Positions 1 to 8,778 of a stretch of DNA of 37,988 nt are shown in pieces. The first letter of the stretch is position 1, and the number at the start of each line of letters is the position of its first letter. This stretch comes from a virus (lineage: Duplodnaviria > Heunggongvirae > Uroviricota > Caudoviricetes). Position numbers and translations under genes: made by a program. The notes under the pieces are model-generated. The model was not told where the DNA came from, did not search any database, and saw only the letters and a list, made by a program, of their open reading frames with translations. Where the stretch lies: positions 1 to 37,988 of IMG/VR virus record IMGVR_UViG_2737471821_000001. One strand, written 5' to 3'.

Positions 1-352
1 GAAATATAGGGGCCAATCCATTCCCACCCAAACCAATAAGGACTAACATGACTTTTAACTGTGCCGCGTGCGCTTAGCCGCATTCACCGCATCACAAAAT
101 TCACTTTAAAAAGGGCGGACATCAGTCGAACTTCAAGAAAAAACTGATGCCGCCAAGACTACACACAGCAGTGTTGTTATCCACAACCGGAGGCGCACTC
201 CCACCATTTAAATTTAACAGACAAGACCGACTCTTTATGGATATCGGAAATGCGACTTCGTGTTGTGCCCGGTTTTATTTCACCACCTCCGGGCTTTGGT
301 GGTTTCTGCTATACCCCTACAGCGAGAATATTGAATTAATCCAAATAATGGA

Positions 353-505
353 TTAGCAAGTATTTCTGGCAAGCCAGCGACGTGCGCCCGTTTCAGTTTT
401 GAATGTCTTGCTTTTGGTATAAGTCATGGCAGTGAACGTTCCATCCTGGTTGGGGAACACGCCGCACCCCAGGGATTCGTTATTGCCGAGGTCGATTTTT
501 TGCAT
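353..505 (-). CDS. ydaF: small Rac prophage protein, YdaF-like (50 aa)
   Basis: Minus-strand ORF MQKIDLGNNESLGCGVFPNQDGTFTAMTYTKSKTFKTETGARRWLARNTC, below the ORF-track size cutoff. GAGGTG Shine-Dalgarno just upstream. Size and position next to racR match ydaF. Confidence 0.45.
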   Translation of the reverse strand: MQKIDLGNNESLGCGVFPNQDGTFTAMTYTKSKTFKTETGARRWLARNTC

Positions 506-515
506 TTTTCGCACC

Positions 516-650
516 TCACATTTTGTTGTTGCGGATAGAGGCTTCTGCCTGCCAGAGATCCCAGTCGTTGCTGCGTAAAGCCTGCACAGCCTGGTTGTAA
601 GTGATACCGCAACAATCCATCAAATACTGAACTACTTCGTAATGCACCAT
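516..650 (-). CDS. ydaG: small Rac prophage protein, YdaG-like (44 aa)
   Basis: Minus-strand ORF MVHYEVVQYLMDCCGITYNQAVQALRSNDWDLWQAEASIRNNKM with a strong AAGGGGAGAG Shine-Dalgarno. Sits between ydaF and racR as in Rac. Confidence 0.45.
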   Translation of the reverse strand: MVHYEVVQYLMDCCGITYNQAVQALRSNDWDLWQAEASIRNNKM

Positions 651-840
651 CTTATCTCTCCCCTTAACGCCGGGTGGCGGAACTAAAACCTACAGCGCCG
701 TGCTGCTTCTGCAATAATATTAGTTATATTCATATTGATGATCAACATAAATATGCATTTTGTTGATAAAAATGTACTATCCTAATGAAAATTTTAGTGT
801 TTTTTTTGATAAAAAAGTAAGGCGATGGGGGCGCAGGGGA

Positions 841-867
841 CAAAAAAACCGCCAGGGATGGCGGTTT
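841..867 (-). terminator. intrinsic terminator downstream of racR
   Basis: Hairpin ACCGCC-AGGGA-TGGCGGT preceded on the plus strand by an A-run, which is a T-run on the minus strand. Confidence 0.5.
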
Positions 868-886
868 AGTTACGAGGTAGTGGGGG

Positions 887-1351
887 CTATTTCTTTATGC
901 GTTTCTGAGCTGCCAGCATATTTTCAAACGCTTCTTTGTAGAGTTCATTCTGGCCTTTAAGCCTTTCGATTAGTTTTGCTTTTTCTGATTCGGGGAGGAT
1001 ATCAAAAAGATCCAGTAAATCAGCTTGTTGCTTGTTAACCATCCGCCACCCTTCGCCTTCGAAACTTTCGTCATAAGTTCCAGAGGAACGGACGTAATTC
1101 ATCAGATCAGCTAAATCAGGCCTCAAGTCTTCAGGCTTAACTCTTAGCAATACTGCGAATTTTAATGCCGCATCAGTGTTAAGTGGAGCCTTTCCGTTGA
1201 GATAGTGGCTAACCGTAGATTGCGTCTCAAAGCCCATTAGCTCGGCAGCAAGCTCCTGAGTCAATTTGAGCTCTCTTTTTTTTGCATCCCAGATTCCGCG
1301 TAGACGCTGCGTAGCTTCTGGCGATGCGATTTCTTCGCGTTTTCTTCTCAT
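887..1351 (-). CDS. racR: prophage repressor, HTH XRE family (RacR-like)
   Basis: 154-aa ORF with an N-terminal HTH region (LKLTQELAAELMGFETQSTVSHYLNG). Transcribed divergently from the cro-like ydaS, with an operator-like palindrome in the shared intergenic region. Confidence 0.75.
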   Translation of the reverse strand: MRRKREEIASPEATQRLRGIWDAKKRELKLTQELAAELMGFETQSTVSHYLNGKAPLNTDAALKFAVLLRVKPEDLRPDLADLMNYVRSSGTYDESFEGEGWRMVNKQQADLLDLFDILPESEKAKLIERLKGQNELYKEAFENMLAAQKRIKK

Positions 1352-1360
1352 ACCACCATC

Positions 1361-1379
1361 TTATGAACACAGCTCATAA
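1361..1379. promoter_or_regulatory. candidate operator, perfect inverted repeat TTATGA-N7-TCATAA in the racR/ydaS divergent region
   Basis: TTATGAACACAGCTCATAA read directly from the sequence, about 10 bp upstream of the racR start codon. Confidence 0.4.
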
Positions 1380-1455
1380 TCTCAAACTGATATAAGTATT
1401 GATCATTTAAATTAGTATAGTTAATATTTTGGCGAACATTACTAAGGTGACCCTT

Positions 1456-1731
1456 ATGACATTAGATGAATATTTGAAAAAAAATCGTGTACGACAGTCT
1501 TGTTTGGCCGCGCTGGCTGGTTGTTCGCAATCAATGATTAGCCTCGTTGCTACTGGACGTAGTCAGTTAAGCCCTGAAAAGGTATTGCGTATCGCAGAGG
1601 CTACGAATTTCGAGGTTACACCTCATGAACTCCGGCCTGATATCTACCCGAATCCGACCGATGGTTTACCTGTTGGATGTAAGGCTAACACACAAAATGC
1701 ACAGGAGTTGATTCATGAAAATCAGGCATGA
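1456..1731 (+). CDS. ydaS: Cro-like HTH protein YdaS
   Basis: ATG at 1456 preceded by AAGGTGA; the track ORF begins at 1429 but the RBS favours 1456. Protein MTLDEYLKKNRVRQSCLAALAGCSQSMISLVATG has an HTH. Its stop overlaps the ydaT start. Confidence 0.75.
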   Translation: MTLDEYLKKNRVRQSCLAALAGCSQSMISLVATGRSQLSPEKVLRIAEATNFEVTPHELRPDIYPNPTDGLPVGCKANTQNAQELIHENQA

Positions 1732-2137
1732 GCACATCGAATCAGTGCTGTTAGCCCTGGCCGCTGAAAAAGGGCAGGCATGGGTAGCCAATGCAATTAC
1801 TGAAGAATATCTGCGCCAGGGGGGCGGCGAATTGCCCCTGGTACCAGGCAAGGACTGGAATAATCAGCAGAACATCTATCACCGTTGGTTAAAAGGTGAA
1901 ACGAAAGCGCAAAGGGAAAAAATTCAGACACTGATCCCTGCGGTTCTGGCAATTCTTCCGCGCGAGCTGCGTCACCGACTCTGCATCTTCGATACCCTGG
2001 AACGCCGTGCATTACTGGCGGCGCAGGAAGCGTTGAGTACGGCAATTGATGCGCATGATGATGCAGTCCAGGCCGTTTACCGGAAAGCACATTTCAGCGG
2101 TGGTGGGTCGCCCGGTGATTCTGTCGTAGTGCATTGA
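1715..2137 (+). CDS. ydaT: YdaT-like prophage protein (toxic partner in the racR-ydaS-ydaT module)
   Basis: 140-aa ORF with AGGAG RBS, overlapping the ydaS stop. Position and size match ydaT. Confidence 0.7.
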   Translation: MKIRHEHIESVLLALAAEKGQAWVANAITEEYLRQGGGELPLVPGKDWNNQQNIYHRWLKGETKAQREKIQTLIPAVLAILPRELRHRLCIFDTLERRALLAAQEALSTAIDAHDDAVQAVYRKAHFSGGGSPGDSVVVH

Positions 2138-2214
2138 TTGAAATTAATCGTGCCGGATTGTTTTGTTCGGTATCAGTTAAATGTAACGCTGCGAGCGTTA
2201 CAAGGTGAAAACAA

Positions 2215-3003
2215 ATGGCTTCAAACTGGATAAAGCTCGAGGTTATTACGCCGGATAAGCCGGAAATATTCAGGCTTGCTGAGATTCTGAATATTGATCC
2301 AGATGCCGCATTAGGGAAGGTTATTCGCTTCTGGGCATGGGCGGATCAACAAATGATAGACGGTAATGCAGATTGTAACGCTCGCGGCGTTACAAAAAGT
2401 GCAATAGATCGCATCACTTTTATGGCTGGTTTTGCTGATGCGTTAATTCAGGTTGGATGGCTGGTCGAAAATGACGTTGGGCTTTCTCTACCTAACTTTG
2501 AACGCCATAACGGAAAAAGCTCTAAAAAACGGGCGGTTACAAACGAGCGAGTTACAAAAATACGTGAACTGAAACGAAAAGGTAACGCTGCCGGCGTTAC
2601 ACAAACGGATCAAAAAGCGCTACCAGAGGAAGAGGAAGAGGAAGATCTAAATACTGATCTCCCCCTAAATCCCCCTCGCCAAAAACGAGCGTCTAAAAAA
2701 TTCGAGCCGGAGGCTATTGAGCTGCCCGATTGGTTGCCGGAAACACTCTGGCATGAGTGGGTCCGGTTCAGACAGGCATTGCGAAAACCGATTCGAACGG
2801 AGCAGGGCGCTAACGGGGCGATACGGGAACTGGAAAAATTCCGTCAGCAGGGGTTTACACCTGAGCAGGTGATTCGACACAGCATCGCCAATGAATACCA
2901 GGGCCTGTTCGCGCCGAAAGGTGTTCGGCCTGAGACGTTGCTCCGACAGGTTAACACCGTCTCGTTGCCGGACAGTGCGATCCCGCCAGGCTTCAGGGGG
3001 TAA
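2215..3003 (+). CDS. ydaU: phage replication initiation protein (YdaU-like)
   Basis: 262-aa ORF immediately upstream of the DnaC-like loader. Contains an acidic EEEEEED linker and three GTAACGC/GCGTTAC palindromes in or just upstream of the gene. Confidence 0.6.
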   Translation: MASNWIKLEVITPDKPEIFRLAEILNIDPDAALGKVIRFWAWADQQMIDGNADCNARGVTKSAIDRITFMAGFADALIQVGWLVENDVGLSLPNFERHNGKSSKKRAVTNERVTKIRELKRKGNAAGVTQTDQKALPEEEEEEDLNTDLPLNPPRQKRASKKFEPEAIELPDWLPETLWHEWVRFRQALRKPIRTEQGANGAIRELEKFRQQGFTPEQVIRHSIANEYQGLFAPKGVRPETLLRQVNTVSLPDSAIPPGFRG

Positions 3004-3009
3004 CAGACC

Positions 3010-3756
3010 ATGAAAAATATTGCGACAGGAGGCGTTCTGGAGCGTATCCGCAGACTGACCCCACCACATGTAACCGCCCCATTCAGAACGGTTGCGGAGT
3101 GGCGCGAGTGGCAACTTGCTGAAGGCCAGAAACGTAGCGAGGAGATCAACCGCCTGAATCGCCAGTTGCGGGTGGAAAAAATTCTGAATCGCTCAGGCAT
3201 CCAGCCGTTGCACCGTAAATGCTCGTTTGCGAATTACCAGGTGCAGAACGACGGCCAGCGATACGCGTTAAGCCAGGCGAAATCCATCGCCGATGAACTG
3301 ATGACCGGGTGTACAAATTTTGCGTTCAGCGGAAAACCTGGTACCGGGAAGAATCACTTAGCGGCAGCTATCGGGAATCGCCTGCTGAAAGACGGTCAGA
3401 CAGTGATTGTGGTTACCGTGGCTGATGTTATGAGCGCCCTGCACGCCAGCTATGACGACGGGCAGTCAGGCGAAAAATTTTTGCGGGAACTGTGCGAAGT
3501 GGATCTGCTGGTTCTTGATGAAATTGGCATTCAGCGCGAGACGAAAAACGAGCAGGTGGTACTGCACCAGATTATTGATCGACGGACAGCGTCGATGCGT
3601 AGCGTGGGAATGCTGACAAACCTGAACTATGAGGCCATGAAAACATTGCTCGGCGAGCGGATTATGGATCGCATGACCATGAACGGCGGGCGCTGGGTGA
3701 ATTTTAACTGGGAGAGCTGGCGCCCGAATGTTGGTCAGCCAGGTATTGAAAAGTAA
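3010..3756 (+). CDS. ydaV: DnaC/IstB-like AAA+ helicase loader (YdaV-like)
   Basis: Walker A motif [15 protein letters not shown] and Walker B LLVLDEIG. 248 aa. Confidence 0.85.
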   Translation: MKNIATGGVLERIRRLTPPHVTAPFRTVAEWREWQLAEGQKRSEEINRLNRQLRVEKILNRSGIQPLHRKCSFANYQVQNDGQRYALSQAKSIADELMTGCTNFAFSGKPGTGKNHLAAAIGNRLLKDGQTVIVVTVADVMSALHASYDDGQSGEKFLRELCEVDLLVLDEIGIQRETKNEQVVLHQIIDRRTASMRSVGMLTNLNYEAMKTLLGERIMDRMTMNGGRWVNFNWESWRPNVGQPGIEK

Positions 3757-3776
3757 TTTTTACCGGGAGGAAATTT

Positions 3777-4538
3777 ATGGAGACTGTTTTTGACGCACTG
3801 AAAGCGATGGGAAAAGCCACGTCGGTAGAGCTGGCTGCGCGACTTGATATCAGTCGTGAAGAAGTACTGAACGAGCTGTGGGAACTGAAAAAGGCTGGCT
3901 TCGTTGATAAAAGCGCATACACCTGGCGTGTGGCTGATAACAACGTTCAGCAGGAACAGCCAGCGCCAGAAGAACAGCCGGAAGAAACCAGCACGGCGAC
4001 AGTAGCGAAAATCTCAGAGTGCGATTTAACCGCGACGATTGAACAACGCGGACCACAAACGGCGGATGAACTGGCTACATTGTTTGGTACCACATCACGC
4101 AAAGTGGCTTCAACGCTGGCAATGGCAATCAGCAAAGGTCGTCTGATTCGCGTAAATCAGGGCGGTAAATTTCGTTACTGCATACCGGGCGATAATTTAC
4201 CAGCAGAGCCGAAAGCAGCATCGGTAGCGGAAACTGATGGTAAGGCTTTTCCTCAGCCCGCAGGTGTTGCGTTACCAGTACAGGAGGCTGCAACACAGGA
4301 AGAAATTAAAACAGATACTGTAGCGGACATTGTGCAGTCGTTGCCATCGTTTACCGAAACGCGGGCGGATGATTTGATTTTGCCATCGCTGCATCTGGCA
4401 AACCGCAAACTGCGTCGGGCGAAAAGCCATGTCCAGAAGTGGGAGCGTGTCTGCGCCGCGCTGCGGGAGTTGAACAAGCACCGGGATATTGTTCGCCAGA
4501 TTACTGATTCTTCCCGCTGTGTTGTATCGGAAAAGTGA
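3777..4538 (+). CDS. hypothetical prophage protein (YdaW-position)
   Basis: 253-aa ORF with GGGAGG RBS; the N-terminal region looks like a winged-helix fold. No family recognised. Confidence 0.55.
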   Translation: METVFDALKAMGKATSVELAARLDISREEVLNELWELKKAGFVDKSAYTWRVADNNVQQEQPAPEEQPEETSTATVAKISECDLTATIEQRGPQTADELATLFGTTSRKVASTLAMAISKGRLIRVNQGGKFRYCIPGDNLPAEPKAASVAETDGKAFPQPAGVALPVQEAATQEEIKTDTVADIVQSLPSFTETRADDLILPSLHLANRKLRRAKSHVQKWERVCAALRELNKHRDIVRQITDSSRCVVSEK

Positions 4539-4553
4539 TTGCCGGAGGCGCTT

Positions 4554-4976
4554 ATGGCAAAAGTATTTACACAAGAAGAGCGGGAAAAAATTAAGGGGCA
4601 GGTTGTTGAACTCGTGCGCCAGAATGGGCGCGAGACGTTACGACAACTTGAAGCTAAGACAGGTGCGACAAGATATTTAATGAGCGTTCTCGCCAGAGAG
4701 CTGGTTGCCAGTGGCGATGTATATAACTCCGGCTACGGGCTATTTCCCTCTGAACAGGCTCGTAAGGACTGGCAAAACGCCCGCAAAAAACTATCGAGGG
4801 CAAAGGTGAAGAAAACGGCTGTGGTTGATCCGGACCTTATCAGGTCATTACCTGACGGAGAAATACGCCGCTACGACAGGCGTCAGAACATAATCTGTCG
4901 CGAGTGCCGGAAGAGTGAGGTTATGCAGCGAGTGCTGGCGTTTTATCAGGGGGAATTTCAGGAGGTGATGCTGTGA
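4554..4976 (+). CDS. hypothetical protein
   Basis: ATG at 4554 preceded by GGAGG; the track ORF begins at a TTG at 4539. Basic C-terminus. Confidence 0.5.
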   Translation: MAKVFTQEEREKIKGQVVELVRQNGRETLRQLEAKTGATRYLMSVLARELVASGDVYNSGYGLFPSEQARKDWQNARKKLSRAKVKKTAVVDPDLIRSLPDGEIRRYDRRQNIICRECRKSEVMQRVLAFYQGEFQEVML

Positions 4977-5227
4977 GCGAATCAAAATGTCAGGTTAATA
5001 GCAATCAGATAGAACCATGTGCGGTACTGGCAAAAGCCCTTGAGCATGATGCTGAATACACGACGCGAAAAGGTCTGCTGATATACAAAATCTGGAATGA
5101 GAATTTAACTCGCGACCATGATTTGGTGATGTTGCGTTCCGGTGAATTTTCTAAATTACCAGTGCGGGTTTCATTTTGTCCGTTCTGTGGTGAAAGTCTG
5201 AAAACGTGGGAGAACAGAAATGAATGA
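4973..5227 (+). CDS. hypothetical zinc-ribbon protein
   Basis: GTG start overlapping the upstream stop, GGAGG RBS, and Cys pairs (C..C and CPFCG). Confidence 0.45.
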   Translation: MSESKCQVNSNQIEPCAVLAKALEHDAEYTTRKGLLIYKIWNENLTRDHDLVMLRSGEFSKLPVRVSFCPFCGESLKTWENRNE

Positions 5228-5531
5228 AATTAAAGAAATACCAGTAGTACGTGATGAATATGGCTGCTGGACGCATCCTGAATATGAAAAATTCTGTGAT
5301 GGTAGAGAACATATTTCAACGGAAGAGTTTAACGCATGGATGGAGGAAAATAATCTTCAATGGACCATCAGAACTATGGATGAAGATGATTTTAATCTGG
5401 ACGCAGATGGTCCCGATATTGCCTCTTGGAAACCGGAGCGCCCGGAAGGTGAAGGCTGGTTCATTGGTTCCATTCATGACACTGAAGATGGTCCTGTTTG
5501 TGTATGGCTGAGAAATAAGACTGAAGCATAA
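5220..5531 (+). CDS. hypothetical protein
   Basis: 103-aa ORF whose ATG overlaps the upstream stop (translational coupling). Confidence 0.5.
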   Translation: MNEIKEIPVVRDEYGCWTHPEYEKFCDGREHISTEEFNAWMEENNLQWTIRTMDEDDFNLDADGPDIASWKPERPEGEGWFIGSIHDTEDGPVCVWLRNKTEA

Positions 5532-5661
5532 AGGCGATAAACCACCTGACAACAAAATACTGAAAATTTAAATCAGAAGTGAATTTTATTAAATCCTTAA
5601 CCGGAGGGATTTCTGCACCCTCAGAACATCAGGAGGCCGCCTGAAAGGGCGGTAATGAAAA

Positions 5662-6366
5662 ATGACTGAATTAACCAAAGAGCAATTAATCGAAGAAGCC
5701 AAATTAAAAATAGCGATTGCGAAATGCCACTCAAATTCAGGGATGGCGCAGGTAGAGGGCGAGTTATTCAAAATTGCACTGGCATCACTGGAAGCAGAGC
5801 CGGTGGCGTGGAAGGCAACCTTCACGCAAATTAACCATGAATGTAATACGTTCACCCTTATGAATTCTGACAAAGCAGAAATCGAACGGTGGGTGCGACT
5901 GCATAAAGTAGGTGATTTTCGGGCAGAAATAACACCGCTTTACGCAGCGCCGCCAGCGATGGTAGTGCCTGATGAAATGGATTTGCTTACCTGCCATCTC
6001 GACGGTGTAACTGAAACATATGCTGATGGCTGGAACGCCTGCCGTGTCGCCATGCTTCAGGCCGAAAACTTTCGGGAAAGTAAGAATTCGTCAACCAACA
6101 ATTTTCGGGAAATCTCGGAAACGTCAACCAGCTCTCCGGGAACTCCGGCTGGCTGGATAAGCTGTAGTGATGCAGTTCCTGCTGAATATTGCGATGTGAT
6201 TCTTCTCGATGATCTCGGGAATGTATTCCCCGGTTCCTGGGATAAGGTTTTTTGCCCCACTCGTGGCGGGAATAAGATGGCTTTTGTAGACAAAGACGGC
6301 GTCGAAGTAGAGAGCTCAACTCACTGGATGCCGCTACCAGAACCGCCGCAGGAGGTGAATCAATGA
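5662..6366 (+). CDS. prophage protein with C-terminal DUF551-like domain
   Basis: 234-aa ORF. The C-terminal segment (GWISCSD..THWMPLPEPP) resembles the DUF551 domain common in enterobacterial prophages. AGGAGG upstream. Confidence 0.5.
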   Translation: MTELTKEQLIEEAKLKIAIAKCHSNSGMAQVEGELFKIALASLEAEPVAWKATFTQINHECNTFTLMNSDKAEIERWVRLHKVGDFRAEITPLYAAPPAMVVPDEMDLLTCHLDGVTETYADGWNACRVAMLQAENFRESKNSSTNNFREISETSTSSPGTPAGWISCSDAVPAEYCDVILLDDLGNVFPGSWDKVFCPTRGGNKMAFVDKDGVEVESSTHWMPLPEPPQEVNQ

Positions 6367-6446
6367 CCCGGCCTGAGGCATTCACCACGGTAGGAATTGC
6401 GATGGCGGTGGCGCTGGTGGTGTATTCGATTTGCCGCTGGGGATAA
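6363..6446 (+). CDS. small hydrophobic peptide (27 aa), translationally coupled
   Basis: ATGA overlap with the upstream gene. MTRPEAFTTVGIAMAVALVVYSICRWG is a single predicted TM helix. Below the ORF-track cutoff. Confidence 0.25.
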   Translation: MTRPEAFTTVGIAMAVALVVYSICRWG

Positions 6447-6656
6447 AAACGGTTTGCGGGAAAAGGAGAGTTAAGTAGAATTGCTGCGGGTGCTTGAGGC
6501 TATCTGCCTCGGGCATGAACACCAAAGGCAGATAGAGAAAAGCCCCAGTTAACATTACGCGTCCTGCAAGACGCTTAACATTAATCTGAGGCCCAATCTA
6601 TGTCTCACAAATGTAGGTTAGCCTCTTACGTGCCGAAAGGCAAGGAGAAGCAGGCT

Positions 6657-6812
6657 ATGAAGCAGCAAAAGGCGATGTTAATCGCCCTGATCGTCATCTG
6701 TTTAACCGTCATAGTGACGGCACTGGTAACGAGGAAAGACCTCTGCGAGGTACGAATCCGAACCGGCCAGACGGAGGTCGCTGTCTTCACAGCTTACGAA
6801 CCTGAGGAGTAA
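6657..6812 (+). CDS. hok: Hok/Gef-family type I toxin (51 aa)
   Basis: MKQQKAMLIALIVICLTVIVTALVTRKDLCEVRIRTGQTEVAVFTAYEPEE matches the Hok/Gef/RelF family as recalled. AAGGAGAAG RBS. The track ORF starts at an in-frame upstream ATG at 6600. Confidence 0.8.
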   Translation: MKQQKAMLIALIVICLTVIVTALVTRKDLCEVRIRTGQTEVAVFTAYEPEE

Positions 6813-6882
6813 GAGACCAGGCGAGGGAGAAATCCCTCGCCGCCTATGATGTGTCAGGCATCTTCAACGCACCCGCACTTAA

Positions 6883-6911
6883 CCCGCTTCGGCGGGTTTT
6901 TGTTTTTATTT
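6883..6911 (+). terminator. intrinsic terminator downstream of hok
   Basis: CCCGC-TTCG-GCGGG hairpin followed by TTTTTGTTTTTATTTT. Confidence 0.7.
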
Positions 6912-7032
6912 TCAATACGTTTGAAGTTATGGACGATGCCGGAATAGAATCAAAAATACTTAAGTAGCGCGCAGGGAGAAGAGGGATGGACCCCGAACAG
7001 GGGGGTGCTATTTATCTGGAAGGATTCTGTTG

Positions 7033-7206
7033 ATGAAAATTGAAGAATTACGTGAAATTTTTAGTGAAAATGGCCTCTTTGCTGTGCGCGTTGAGAATGG
7101 GGAAGTTATCTACGCAACGTTAATCCCTGATAATCATGTAATTTTATCTATCGAGGCATTCATTGAATATCTTGAAAGGCTCGGTTTCAAGGTGATTCGG
7201 GAATGA
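7033..7206 (+). CDS. small hypothetical protein (57 aa)
   Basis: ATG preceded by GGAAGGA. MKIEELREIFSENGLFAVRVENGEVIYATLIPDNHVILSIEAFIEYLERLGFKVIRE. Below the ORF-track cutoff. Confidence 0.4.
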   Translation: MKIEELREIFSENGLFAVRVENGEVIYATLIPDNHVILSIEAFIEYLERLGFKVIRE

Positions 7207-7265
7207 GTTATAATTCGTAAGCCAGCCTGAACAACTGGCAACCTACAGCGCCATTGGAGACAGCA

Positions 7266-7865
7266 ATGGCGCATATACAACTGGTCAAACAAACCTCTTC
7301 CGGATTACTTCTCCCGGCGACGCCGGAGAGTTGCGATTTTTTGCATCAAATCAAAATAGGTGAGTGGATACACGCAGACTTTAAGCGTGTGCGTAACTAC
7401 TCATTCCACAAGCGTTTTTTCAAACTCCTGCAACTGGGATTCGATTACTGGACTCCGGTCGGTGGGGTGATCACGCCTCGCGAACGAGAACTGGTGTCCG
7501 GTTTCGTTGATTTCCTGTGCGAATCAGTAGGTCGGGAACATACGCCAGCCCTTAGTGATGCTGCAGAGCAATACCTTAACACCGTTGCGACTCGCAGAAC
7601 CCGGGATACGGCCTTACTCAAGTCATTTGACGCTTTTCGCGAATGGATAACCATTCAGGCCGGATTTTACACCGAGCATTTTTATCCGGACGGTAGCCGT
7701 GGACGCCGGGCGAAATCCATCGCTTTTGCGAATATGGACGAAACCGAGTTTCAGCAGGTTTATAAATCTGTACTGAATGTGCTGTGGAACTGGATCCTGT
7801 TCCGTAAATTTTCCTCTCCGGAGGAAGTCGAAAATGTGGTCGCACAGTTACTGGAGTTTGCGTAA
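7266..7865 (+). CDS. nin-region prophage protein (possibly DUF1367-like)
   Basis: ATG at 7266 with GGAGA RBS; the track ORF begins at a TTG at 7254. Position upstream of the YbcO-like and Q-like genes. Confidence 0.55.
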   Translation: MAHIQLVKQTSSGLLLPATPESCDFLHQIKIGEWIHADFKRVRNYSFHKRFFKLLQLGFDYWTPVGGVITPRERELVSGFVDFLCESVGREHTPALSDAAEQYLNTVATRRTRDTALLKSFDAFREWITIQAGFYTEHFYPDGSRGRRAKSIAFANMDETEFQQVYKSVLNVLWNWILFRKFSSPEEVENVVAQLLEFA

Positions 7866-8155
7866 TGGTGGATTTACGTAAAGCGGCGCGGGGGCAGATG
7901 TGCACCGTCAGAATTCCTGGCTACTGCAATCACAATCCCGAAACTTCTGTGCTGGCGCATTACCGACTGGCGGGGACGTGCGGAACAGCGGCAAAACCAC
8001 ACGATATGCAGGCAGCGATTGCCTGTAGATCGTGCCACGATTTAATCGACGGGCGGGTAAAAACCAGTGATTACACCAAAGAAGAATTACGCCTGATGCA
8101 TGCAGAAGGTGTTTTTCGCACACAAGAAATCTGGAGAAAGGAGGGATATTTATGA
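7865..8155 (+). CDS. YbcO-like prophage protein (DUF1364, Cys-rich putative nuclease)
   Basis: 96-aa protein with conserved Cys/His pattern (C..C...H...C..C) similar to lambdoid YbcO as recalled. TAATG overlap with the upstream gene. Confidence 0.55.
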   Translation: MVDLRKAARGQMCTVRIPGYCNHNPETSVLAHYRLAGTCGTAAKPHDMQAAIACRSCHDLIDGRVKTSDYTKEELRLMHAEGVFRTQEIWRKEGYL

Positions 8156-8694
8156 TTTACCCAACGAATACAGGAAAAAGCGGAGAACACCTTCGTCTCA
8201 CTACGCTGGAAAGTGTCTGGATTCAGGGAAAACTACGTATGTGGGGGCGCTGGTCATATATTGGTGGTGGCAGGTCAGGAAATATGTTCAATCAGTTGTT
8301 GGCATCCAAAAAATTGACGAAAACAGCCATCAATGAAGCCCTGCGCAGAATGAAAAAAGCGGGAATAGAGAAACCTGAGCTGGAAGCGTTTTTGCGAGAG
8401 ATGATCAATGGTAAGCAAAAGAGCTGGCTGGCGCATTGTACTGATGCAGAGGCGTTATGTATTGATCGGGTTATAAGTGAGGTGCTGGCAGAACATCCGG
8501 GATTGATTAGCATCCTCCGACAACGGTATGAGGGGCGAGGAATGAGTAAGAGAAGGATGGCCGGGTTACTAAACGAACAGTATCCAGAGTGTTGTTTTAG
8601 CACATGCGAAAAGCGAATTGCTAATTGGTTGGCTGTTGCTGAGTGTGCGCTATACATTCCCATGCGAGAATCATTTGCTCAAAAAATGGCTTGA
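8152..8694 (+). CDS. putative late-gene antiterminator (Q-like)
   Basis: 180-aa ORF at the end of the nin-like region, directly upstream of an intrinsic terminator and the late region. Cys-containing C-terminus; AAGGAGGG RBS. Assignment is positional. Confidence 0.45.
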   Translation: MIYPTNTGKSGEHLRLTTLESVWIQGKLRMWGRWSYIGGGRSGNMFNQLLASKKLTKTAINEALRRMKKAGIEKPELEAFLREMINGKQKSWLAHCTDAEALCIDRVISEVLAEHPGLISILRQRYEGRGMSKRRMAGLLNEQYPECCFSTCEKRIANWLAVAECALYIPMRESFAQKMA

Positions 8695-8778
8695 TTTCTT
8701 ACGCATAAACTGCTTCAATTCCGATACGCTTCGCAAAGCTGTATCGCGTGGCGAATTAATCGCATGAACTTCACCAGA

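Noticed and set aside
147-356. 69-aa plus-strand ORF at the left edge
   Set aside because: No Shine-Dalgarno sequence, and it overlaps the better-supported minus-strand ydaF-like gene. The first ~350 nt may contain the 3' end of an upstream prophage gene but this cannot be resolved from the window.
424-615. 63-aa minus-strand track ORF
   Set aside because: It overlaps both small ORFs (353..505 and 516..650) in a different frame; those have strong RBSs and match the expected ydaF/ydaG sizes, so this one is probably a frame artefact.
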